64,000 nt of DNA from an uncultured Candidatus Binatia bacterium (GTDB taxonomy: Bacteria; Desulfobacterota; Binatia; UBA9968; JAJDTQ01): contig OZ243916.1 in NCBI GenBank assembly GCA_965213675.1, positions 1,024,001-1,088,000 on the forward strand, in the 5' to 3' direction. The position numbers and the translations under genes were made by a program. Positions 37,655 to 45,303 of this stretch are shown here, one piece after another. The notes under the pieces were generated by a model. It was not told the DNA's origin. It ran no database searches and saw only the letters and a program-made list of their open reading frames with translations. Every line of letters begins with the position of its first letter. Position 1 is the stretch's first letter.

Positions 37655-39511
37655 TTATCTGGACCGTGACGCCCGCCGGCTGCCGGTGGAAACGAGATCC
37701 CGCGCCACCCGGAAACCGGTGTCGAAGTTGCGGCTTTCCGCCGCATCGCTTCCGCGCGCCGCCGACCGAAGCACACCCGGATGGCTGTACCAGGAGCCGC
37801 CGCGCAACATGCGCCGGTCGCAGTCGCCCCTTCGGAGCCAGGCCGCGCCGTCGTCCGGCCCACCCGCATAGTCCTTGTGAAGACAATCCTCCACCCACTC
37901 CCAAGCGTTCCCGAGCATGTCCGACAACAGAAACCCGTTCTCCCCGTGGGTTCCCACCTCCGCGGTGCGGACTCCTTGGTCGCGACACTCGGACGTGGCG
38001 ACAGCGCGATAATTCGCCCGGAATCCCGCGTCCGCACCGTTGGCGTTCTGGCACTGCCCCGTCACCTCGTCACCCCAGTACCGCGCCGAGGTCGTGCCGG
38101 CCCGGGCCGCGTACTCCCACTCCGCCTCCGACAACAACCGGTAACCCCGGCCCGTCTTCTCCGACAGCCACGCCGCGTATGCCTTGGCGTCATCCCAACT
38201 GACGCACACCACGGGATGGCGTTGCCCTTGATCGAAGCCCGGCTCCCGCCACGAACGCGCACCATCCTGCCGCCATTGGTCCAGACTGCCGTCTCCGAAC
38301 CAGCACCCGCCCGCCGTCTCGCGTCCGCTCTCCTCCACGAAGGCGGCATACTCTTCCCGGGTCACCTCGTACTTTCCCACGGCCAACGGCGACTCAATCC
38401 GAACCTGGCGTTGCGGCCCTTCATCCTTACCTCGCGTCCTCTCATCCGGCGGCGAACCCATCGTGTACGCACCGGGGCCGATCACAATCATTTCCGGGCA
38501 CGCATCGCAGTCGCGGAAGACCTGGCCGGGCCCGAGCGGCGCGCCCGGACCGAGCCCGGCCTCAACACCCGCCATTGACTTGGCGGAAAGAAATTCCCGG
38601 ACCGCGTTGACCGGCCTGCCATGGGAACGGGAATGGACCATGACCCGCAACTCGACCTTGTCCGTCAGGAAGACCAGCTCGCCCTTCAGATCGTAGACGG
38701 GATCCCGGAGATCGCCGCCCCCCACCGACGCCCCTCGGGGAGGCGCCGCGAGCAATTCCACGACGCGGTTCCTTAGCCCCCCTGCCACATGTTCCGCGAG
38801 CGGAGACTTCCCGCGCACACGCTGATCGTCGATGGACACGTCGCCGAGCCCTCCCCGCAGGCTTCGGGCGACATCGCCCGCCACGGCGCTCAGGGCCTGT
38901 TCCAACGACAACGGCGCGTACAGCCATTTCTCTTGAAAGAACACCGACGCACTGCCCAGCCGGCTCAGGTCCGTCGCAATGGCCGCGCAATAGAGCGTGA
39001 GTCCACTCTCCACGGCGGTGCTCGTGCACGAAAGAATGATGGGCGTCTGATGGCTGCGGAGCGCCGCCTGATAGGCCTCGAACCAGTCGGCCGCGCCCGT
39101 GTTCTCCAACGCGCGCGCGACGGCTGCGTGTTTCCTGGGGTCCGTGACAGTGAACAGTCCGATCTCCCCTGTTTCCCTCAGCGCATTGATCATCCAGCCA
39201 TAAACCAACCGGCGCTGGCGACCTCCCAACGTCACGGCGCGCGGGTCCAGGGGTTGGAACGTGATCCGCTTGTCGTCTTGCGGAGCCTTCCGTATCGCGT
39301 CCGGGAACGACCTGAGCAGGTTGCCAGCCCAATCCTTGGCCGCCTCCCTGGCGTGAGCCGAACCGTCCCGTGGCCCGGCCCCTTGGCCCCAGACCGTAGA
39401 CACACCTGCCGCGGCAAGCGTCAGCGATACGAACCAAGCCCAAACCCCCGTCGCCAGACGATGCCGCCAGCGATGCTGCGTCTTCGTTGTCATCGTCTTC
39501 CTCCGGCTCAA
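37655..39511 (-). CDS. Secreted FGE/SUMF1-domain protein with unknown N-terminal domains
   Basis: Signal peptide; FRDCDACPEMI, HPVVCVSW, RLLSEAEWEYAARAG, DMLGNAWEW, RGGSW, GFRVAR. Confidence 0.88.
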   Translation of the reverse strand: MSRRKTMTTKTQHRWRHRLATGVWAWFVSLTLAAAGVSTVWGQGAGPRDGSAHAREAAKDWAGNLLRSFPDAIRKAPQDDKRITFQPLDPRAVTLGGRQRRLVYGWMINALRETGEIGLFTVTDPRKHAAVARALENTGAADWFEAYQAALRSHQTPIILSCTSTAVESGLTLYCAAIATDLSRLGSASVFFQEKWLYAPLSLEQALSAVAGDVARSLRGGLGDVSIDDQRVRGKSPLAEHVAGGLRNRVVELLAAPPRGASVGGGDLRDPVYDLKGELVFLTDKVELRVMVHSRSHGRPVNAVREFLSAKSMAGVEAGLGPGAPLGPGQVFRDCDACPEMIVIGPGAYTMGSPPDERTRGKDEGPQRQVRIESPLAVGKYEVTREEYAAFVEESGRETAGGCWFGDGSLDQWRQDGARSWREPGFDQGQRHPVVCVSWDDAKAYAAWLSEKTGRGYRLLSEAEWEYAARAGTTSARYWGDEVTGQCQNANGADAGFRANYRAVATSECRDQGVRTAEVGTHGENGFLLSDMLGNAWEWVEDCLHKDYAGGPDDGAAWLRRGDCDRRMLRGGSWYSHPGVLRSAARGSDAAESRNFDTGFRVARDLVSTGSRRASRSR

Positions 39512-39696
39512 AGATTCCCGGGGAAGGCGTACTGGCGTCGGGAAGCTGTCCCGTCTCTCCCCCTTGACCGGATCTCTTTCCCCGCACTATATCAAATCCG
39601 TTTTGTTGTGACCGAGGTGGAAGACCTGCGGACACCTTCACTGTCTATCGAGGTCACTGATGACCGGGAAGCGAAGGCCCGGGGCAACGCGCTGGG

Positions 39697-40308
39697 CTAT
39701 AGAAATTTGACGAGGGCTACGATCAGGCCGCCTTGGGCGATCAGGGCGCCGAACAGCCATTTCACCAGTTCAGCCTTCACCGTCTCGATGGCTGCGCTGG
39801 TTTCGTGGCGCAGGGCTTCAACGCTGGCCTTTGTTTCTTGCCGTAGGGCATCGATGCTGGCCTCAACCTTGGCGATGTCCGCCTTGGTTTCTTGCCGCAG
39901 GGATTCGATGCTGGCCTCAACCTTGGCGATGTCTGTCTTGGTTTCTTGCCGCAGGGCATCGATGCTGGCCTCAACCTTGGCGATGTCCGCCTTGGTCTCT
40001 TGTCGCAGGGATTCGATGCTGGCCTTGGTCTCTTGTCGCAGGGATTCGATGCTGGCCTTGGTCTCTTGTCGCAGGGATTCGATGCCGGCCTTGGTCTCCT
40101 GTCGCAGGGATTCGATGCCGGCCCTGGTCTCCTGTCGCAGGGATTCGACCTCTGTCTTTACCGCGGCGACATCGGCTTTTGTGGCGAGGTTGGCGTTGAG
40201 GAGGGCGACATGCTCTTCGGCGAGTGTCTCGGCCTGCTTCTCGGTGAAGCCGCTCTCGGTCAGACGCTTGACGAAGCGATGCGTGTCGAAGGCGATAGCC
40301 TCAGCCAT
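39697..40308 (-). CDS. DUF1640/CCDC90-like coiled-coil protein with tandem repeats
   Basis: AFDTHRFVKRLTESGFTEKQAE, LATKAD, repeated SLRQETKA, C-terminal TM LVKWLFG. Confidence 0.85.
   Translation of the reverse strand: MAEAIAFDTHRFVKRLTESGFTEKQAETLAEEHVALLNANLATKADVAAVKTEVESLRQETRAGIESLRQETKAGIESLRQETKASIESLRQETKASIESLRQETKADIAKVEASIDALRQETKTDIAKVEASIESLRQETKADIAKVEASIDALRQETKASVEALRHETSAAIETVKAELVKWLFGALIAQGGLIVALVKFL
39830..40150. repeat. In-frame tandem repeats (33-bp and 54-bp units)
   Basis: TTGTCGCAGGGATTCGATGCTGGCCTTGGTCTC-type units (ESLRQETKASI) followed by ESLRQETKADIAKVEASI units. Confidence 0.9.
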
Positions 40309-40416
40309 GAAGCGAACATAACAACCTTACCCGTGCGGGACAAGTACAAACGAGGCTTCCAACCTGGTTCCCGGCACCAGTGAAAAGACAATCGCCGCCA
40401 TGCGCCGGCAACCCAG

Positions 40417-40674
40417 GGAAGGTCTGAACAATGGCGGTTGTGGCCGGCAAGCGGAACGGCCGACCTGTTAGTGGCGTATACGGCTCTATCCGCTTCTCCA
40501 GACGCTTCCACGGTATCAGCCCCTCCATCTTCTCCAAAAACTCCTCCTGCCGCGTCCGCCGCTTCTTCCGATCATGTTCCATCTCCGCGAAGCTCGCCTG
40601 TCTCATCGTTTCCCCTCCATGCACTGCCGTTTTCGCCATTATGACGTGCGAAAGGTCTCTTGTTCAGATCTTCA
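40417..40674 (-). mobile_element. Internally deleted IS5-family element (258 bp)
   Basis: TIRs GGAAGGTCTGAACAA / TTGTTCAGATCTTCA, flanks CCAG and CTAG, transposase N-terminus MRQASFAEMEHDRKKRRTRQEEFLEKMEGLIPWKRLEKRIEPY from 40606. Confidence 0.85.
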
Positions 40675-40805
40675 CTAGCGCACCTTGAGGTGAATTCGTT
40701 ATGAATTGCGGGAACGAAGGAGGCCACGGAATGACGGAGCGCATGCGACGCGGCGCTGACAAGACCCGTCGCGGAAATGTTCGGGCGCTCTGAACGGATG
40801 CATTC

Positions 40806-42035
40806 ATGACCAGGAGCGGGATCAAGGTAGACGTGACGGAGCTTGTGGATCTGACCGGCGAGTTGATCAGGATCCCGAGTTTCTGTCCGGACGAGACCCC
40901 GGTGGCGCTGTTCCTGCGGGACTACCTCTCGGATCGCGGTTACCAGGTAGAGCTTCAGGAAGTGGAGCCCGGCCGCCACCAGACCATCGCCACGCTGAAG
41001 GGCTCGGGCCGCGGCCCGAGCCTGATGTTCAACGGCCACATCGACATCAACTCCCTCACCCGTGGGGGCAAGCGGGACCCCTGGACGCCGTCGGTGGAGG
41101 GAGACCGGCTCTACGGCCACGGAGTCCAGAACATGAAAGGCGGCGTCGCCTCCATGATCGCCGCCGCCGAGGCCATCCGCCGCGCCGGTTTGACGTTGCG
41201 CGGCGACTTGGTGCTGGCCTGCGTGGCGGGCGAGACCCAGGGCGGCGAGGGCACCCACTTCCTGATGGAGAGCGGCTTCCGCACCGACGCCGCGGTGCTG
41301 ACTGAGCCCTTTGGCATCGGCAACCTCGTCACCGTGCACGGCGGCATCGTCCACTTCGCCATCCACACCTACGGCGTCACTGGACATGTGAGCCGGATCG
41401 AGGAGACCGTCAACGCCGTGGAGCAGATGACCCGCGTCATTGACGCATTGCGGCACGTCACATTCACCTGCACGCCGAGGGCCGACCTCCCTGCCCTGCC
41501 CCGACTGAACGTCGGCAGCATCATCGGCGGCCGCGGCGAGGGCTACGTGCTGACCGAGCCGCCCTACGTGCCCGACCTCTGCACCATCATCGTGGACGTG
41601 CACTTCGTGCCGGGGCAGAGCGTGGACTCGGTCATCGCTGACGTGAGGCGCGCCCTCGACCCCCTGAAGGACGGCGACCCGGGTGTCGAATACGCCATCG
41701 AGATCCCGCCGCCCGCCTTCTTCAAGGGCTGCCGGCGGCTAGTGATGGACCCCCTGGACGTGCCCCCGGACGCCGCCATCGTCCAGGCCGTGGCCCGGAA
41801 CCACCAAAGGGTCACCGGCTCCCCGCCAAGGCTCATCGGCGCCCACCTGCCCATGTCCTACTCCGCCGGCGACAGTTGCTGGTTGTGGAAATACGGCATT
41901 CCCTGCCTCCACTACGGCCCCGGCGGCGGCTTCCTGGACCCCGGCCCGGACGGCAGCTACATTTTCATCAGCGAGATGGTTACGTGCGCCGAGGTGCTGG
42001 CGCACACGGCCATGGAAGTGTGTGGAGCGGAATGA
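40806..42035 (+). CDS. M20 family (ArgE/DapE-like) deacylase
   Basis: LMFNGHID, RLYGHGVQNMKGG, AGET, LTEP, YGPG. Confidence 0.88.
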   Translation: MTRSGIKVDVTELVDLTGELIRIPSFCPDETPVALFLRDYLSDRGYQVELQEVEPGRHQTIATLKGSGRGPSLMFNGHIDINSLTRGGKRDPWTPSVEGDRLYGHGVQNMKGGVASMIAAAEAIRRAGLTLRGDLVLACVAGETQGGEGTHFLMESGFRTDAAVLTEPFGIGNLVTVHGGIVHFAIHTYGVTGHVSRIEETVNAVEQMTRVIDALRHVTFTCTPRADLPALPRLNVGSIIGGRGEGYVLTEPPYVPDLCTIIVDVHFVPGQSVDSVIADVRRALDPLKDGDPGVEYAIEIPPPAFFKGCRRLVMDPLDVPPDAAIVQAVARNHQRVTGSPPRLIGAHLPMSYSAGDSCWLWKYGIPCLHYGPGGGFLDPGPDGSYIFISEMVTCAEVLAHTAMEVCGAE

Positions 42036-42243
42036 GCACCATGGAACTTCTCCCCCCTTCGCTGTTCAACTCCGCCCGCGGGCCCGTGACACCGACGCCG
42101 CACTCACTCATTCCGTGCGTCACCCCGGATCAGCTCCGGGGCCGGTTCCGGGATCCAGAAGCAGCAAGGAACCGGCCGTGCGGCCGGCATCGTCGTGTCG
42201 CATGGCCGCTGGGTCAGGGCCGGGATGGTCGGGAGGCGGTGCG

Positions 42244-43152
42244 GTGAGCAACAAGGACTACGATGTCACCGGCGCGGTAGACCTGCATGTTCACTGCGGG
42301 CCGGAGGGAATCCCGCGCCGGTTCGACGCGCTATCGCTGGCGCGGCACGTGGAGCGATCGGGGCTCGGCGGCGCGGTGCTCAAATCGCACATGGCCGCCA
42401 CCGGTAGCTGGGCACGGATGGCCCACGATGCCACCGGCGTCCGGCTGCACGGATCGGTGGTGCTCAACCACTATGTCGGCGGCATCAATCCCGCGGCGGT
42501 GCGCGGCGCCCTGGGACCGTCGGTGGGCGGCGAGCCCTGTCTCAAAGTCGTGTGGCTGCCGACGGTCCACGCGGCAGCGCATCTCAGCGCCCGGCAACAC
42601 GAGGGCGAACAGTACGACATCCCGCCCGAGTGGTGCGGCGGAGCGGTTTCCGCACTGGCCCGGCCCCTTGACGAAGTCGAACCCATCAACGTGCTTGCCG
42701 CCCACTTGCGGCCGCGCCTGGACGAGATCCTGCGCATGGCCGCCGACCATGATCTGGTGCTGGCCACCGGGCACGCGGGGCGGGACGAAGTGTTCTACGT
42801 CATGGAAAGGGCCAACGCGCTCCGAGTGCGAAAGGTCATCGTCACCCACCCCTGCTACGATCCCCCGGCCATCGACGTTGCGGAGCTCGCCCAGCTGGCC
42901 GCGGCCGGGGCCTACATTGAGCTGAGCTTCATCCTGGTGGACATGGGCCTGGTGTCGTACGAGCACACCGCAGCGATCCTGAGGCGGGTGGGCGCGGAGC
43001 AGACCATCCTGTCCACGGACGTGGGGCAGGTGGATCGGGTCGCTCCCGCCGAAGGACTGGCTGAACTCGGAGCGGGTCTGCTCGCGGAGGGAGTACCGCG
43101 TGAGGACATCGACACCGCGATGAAGCGTAATCCCCGGTTCCTGGTAGGGTAG
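42244..43152 (+). CDS. Metal-dependent hydrolase, amidohydrolase-like (DUF6282-type)
   Basis: GAVDLHVH, LKSH, VGGINP, WLPT, ATGH, VTHP, STDVGQ; paralogue of 12250-13122. Confidence 0.75.
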   Translation: MSNKDYDVTGAVDLHVHCGPEGIPRRFDALSLARHVERSGLGGAVLKSHMAATGSWARMAHDATGVRLHGSVVLNHYVGGINPAAVRGALGPSVGGEPCLKVVWLPTVHAAAHLSARQHEGEQYDIPPEWCGGAVSALARPLDEVEPINVLAAHLRPRLDEILRMAADHDLVLATGHAGRDEVFYVMERANALRVRKVIVTHPCYDPPAIDVAELAQLAAAGAYIELSFILVDMGLVSYEHTAAILRRVGAEQTILSTDVGQVDRVAPAEGLAELGAGLLAEGVPREDIDTAMKRNPRFLVG

Positions 43153-43218
43153 TGAACCCGTTCGTCCGGAGCCATCAACCCGAAAAACCATGTCCGTTCG
43201 AACGTCCGGTGTCCCGTC

Positions 43219-43529
43219 CGTCATTCCCTGCCCCCCTCATCGTCATTCCCAAGTCCCTATTGATCGTCTTTCCCAAGACCCTACTCTTCGTAATTCCCGC
43301 GAAAGCTTGCCCCCGACCCCGATCGGGGGCGGGAATCCAGGGGCGGTGGTGGGGCGCCCAAACCGCTGACCCCGGCCACCCCTGGATTCCCGCTTTCGCG
43401 GGAATGACGAAGAGGGGAGACTTGGGGTTGAGGATGAGGGGTGCCGGGGTTGACGAAGAGGGGGCAGCCAGGAATGACGAAGAGCGGGACCTGGGGTTGA
43501 CGATGAGGGGTCCGGGAACGACGAAGAGG
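43219..43529. repeat. Large palindromic repeat cluster: paired dRS3-like repeats flanked by degenerate ~21-24 bp tandem units
   Basis: Left units CGTCATTCCC..., core 43290-43408, right units GGGAATGACGAAGAGG / GGGGTTGACGATGAGG. Confidence 0.8.
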
Positions 43530-43551
43530 TTGTAGAAGGATTGCGGTTTGC

Positions 43552-44724
43552 CTACCAGGCCATCTCCAGGCACTCCAGCACCTGCGATGCGGAGTGGATC
43601 TTCTTGGGGTTGTTGTGGGTGCTGATGTCGTCCAGCGCCGCCTCGGCCAGGGAAGGCAGCGCGTCGCGGGGGATCTCCAGGTCCCGCAGCCGCAACGGCA
43701 GCCCCATCTCCACGTTCATGCCGTAGACCACCTCGGGCGCCTCGGCGGCGGCCTTGCGGTCGTCAGCCTCGTCGACCCCCATGACCCGGGCCATGCGGGC
43801 CATGGCTTCGGTGGTGCCGTCGAGGTTCCAGCGCATGGCGTAGGGCAGCATCAGGGCGTGGATGTTGGCGTGGGGCACCGTGAAGCGGCCGCCGATGACA
43901 TGCACGATGCCGTGGTGAATGCCGGTCCAGGCGCTGTAGACGCCCATGCTGGAGAGGGTGGCGGCCACCTGCATCTCGCCGATGGCCTCGAGGTCGTTCA
44001 TGTCGTTCACAAGCCGTGGCAGCCAAGTGGTGATGGGGCCGATGGCGGCCAGACAATAGGCCTGGCTCAGGATCTGGGTCTGCGTCGAGTAGACGGCTTC
44101 CACGCAGTGGGCCAGCGCATTCATGCCGGATGCGGCCAGGAGTTTCGGCGGAGCGGTCTGGGCGGCCTCCGGATCCAGCATCACCGTCCGCGGCGACATC
44201 TTGGGATCGGCGAGAATGAGCTTGTGGCCGCCTTCCGCCAGCCCCGCGGAATAGCTGTATTCGCCGCCGGAGAACGTCGTCGGGATGGCGATGTGCGGCA
44301 GCTTGGGCGCCGGCATGGGCGGCACTTCCTTCTTGTCGGGCGGGATGAAGTGGGTCGCCAGATCCTTCAGCGGACGGCCCTCGGCCAGGAGCGCGGCCAT
44401 ACCCTTGGCGGTGTCGATGGAGCTGCCGCCGCCCACGCTCACGAACGCGTCCGCGCCGGCATCCGCGGCCCGCTGCGCCGCCACGCCAATGGAATCCGTG
44501 GGCGAATGCGGCTGCACCGTGTCGAAGACTCCCACGCACAGATCGCCCAAGGCGTCGCGCACCGCATCCAGCAGGTAGGTCTTGGCGATGGACGGCGAGG
44601 TGACGACAAACACCCGGCTCGCCTCCAGGCGTCGGACCTCCTCCGCCAACCGATTTACCACCCCGCGGCCGAAAACAATGCGCTCCACGCGCGGATTACT
44701 GTACTCGAACGCTGAAACCGCCAT
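43552..44724 (-). CDS. Iron-containing alcohol dehydrogenase (maleylacetate reductase-like)
   Basis: VGGGSSIDTAK, AIPTT, SGMNALAHCVE, HHGIVH, PHANIH. Confidence 0.9.
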   Translation of the reverse strand: MAVSAFEYSNPRVERIVFGRGVVNRLAEEVRRLEASRVFVVTSPSIAKTYLLDAVRDALGDLCVGVFDTVQPHSPTDSIGVAAQRAADAGADAFVSVGGGSSIDTAKGMAALLAEGRPLKDLATHFIPPDKKEVPPMPAPKLPHIAIPTTFSGGEYSYSAGLAEGGHKLILADPKMSPRTVMLDPEAAQTAPPKLLAASGMNALAHCVEAVYSTQTQILSQAYCLAAIGPITTWLPRLVNDMNDLEAIGEMQVAATLSSMGVYSAWTGIHHGIVHVIGGRFTVPHANIHALMLPYAMRWNLDGTTEAMARMARVMGVDEADDRKAAAEAPEVVYGMNVEMGLPLRLRDLEIPRDALPSLAEAALDDISTHNNPKKIHSASQVLECLEMAW

Positions 44725-44829
44725 CCCTCACCTCCTGGATAATCGGTACGATTTGAGACACCCGGGCGGGTTTGTCAACGGCTCTTCTCACTTCAATGGA
44801 ACAGCGAAGTCCTCGCGGAAGCCCCGGCT

Positions 44830-45297
44830 TCATGCATCCGCGACCTCGAACGCCGTCAGGTTGCGCGTCTCACGACCGAACTCCACGGCGATGAGATGGA
44901 CCGGCTTCCCCGTGCTCCGGTAGCGGTCCGCGTAACCCCTCGAACGCAACCATCGCCGAACCCGGCGGCGACAACTCCACCACCTTGAACTCGAACAGCC
45001 GGCCGCTGTTGTCCAACTGCCGTGTGTCGTCCGGAACCCAGTAGCGCAACACTCGTTGAGGCTCTAGCGGACCTCCCGGTTGGGATAACCGAGTCAATAC
45101 ACGACCTTGCCCGCCAGCTTCTCCACCGATTCGACGGTCAGACGGCCGGTCTGGAACAGCAGGGCCTCGGTGCCGATGTGATCGACATCAAAGGCCGAGA
45201 GGAGTGCCCCGTGCCCGTCATCCGCTCCAGGGGCCAACGACCCGACCCGGCGCCGAAACAGCGTCTCCACCGGAAACCGGGGCGTGCCCGTCGCCAT
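44830..45297 (-). pseudogene. Degraded AAA-ATPase/PD-(D/E)XK nuclease gene fragment
   Basis: Frameshifted pieces ATGTPRF.VETL, LLSAFDVDHIGTEALLFQTG, LFEFKVVE, RGYADRYR..PVHLIAVEFGRETRNLTAFEVADA*. Confidence 0.8.
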
Positions 45298-45303
45298 AAA
45301 GAT

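Noticed and set aside
37655-37810. Third FGE gene as a target of the same DGR
   Set aside because: Its 3' end differs from VR1/VR2 at many non-adenine and synonymous positions, and no IMH-like tract or hairpin follows
42119-42229. Additional REP-like palindromes (here and about 47598-47652)
   Set aside because: Single degenerate copies in this window; a family cannot be established without the rest of the genome
43219-43529. CRISPR array
   Set aside because: Units are degenerate, linkers are only 5-14 nt, the arrangement is mirror-symmetric and there are no cas genes
43152-43573. ORFs containing VIPAKAGIQ / WIPAFAGMT (also 47625-47919 and 56421-56781)
   Set aside because: These are translations of the palindromic repeat, not evidence of genes
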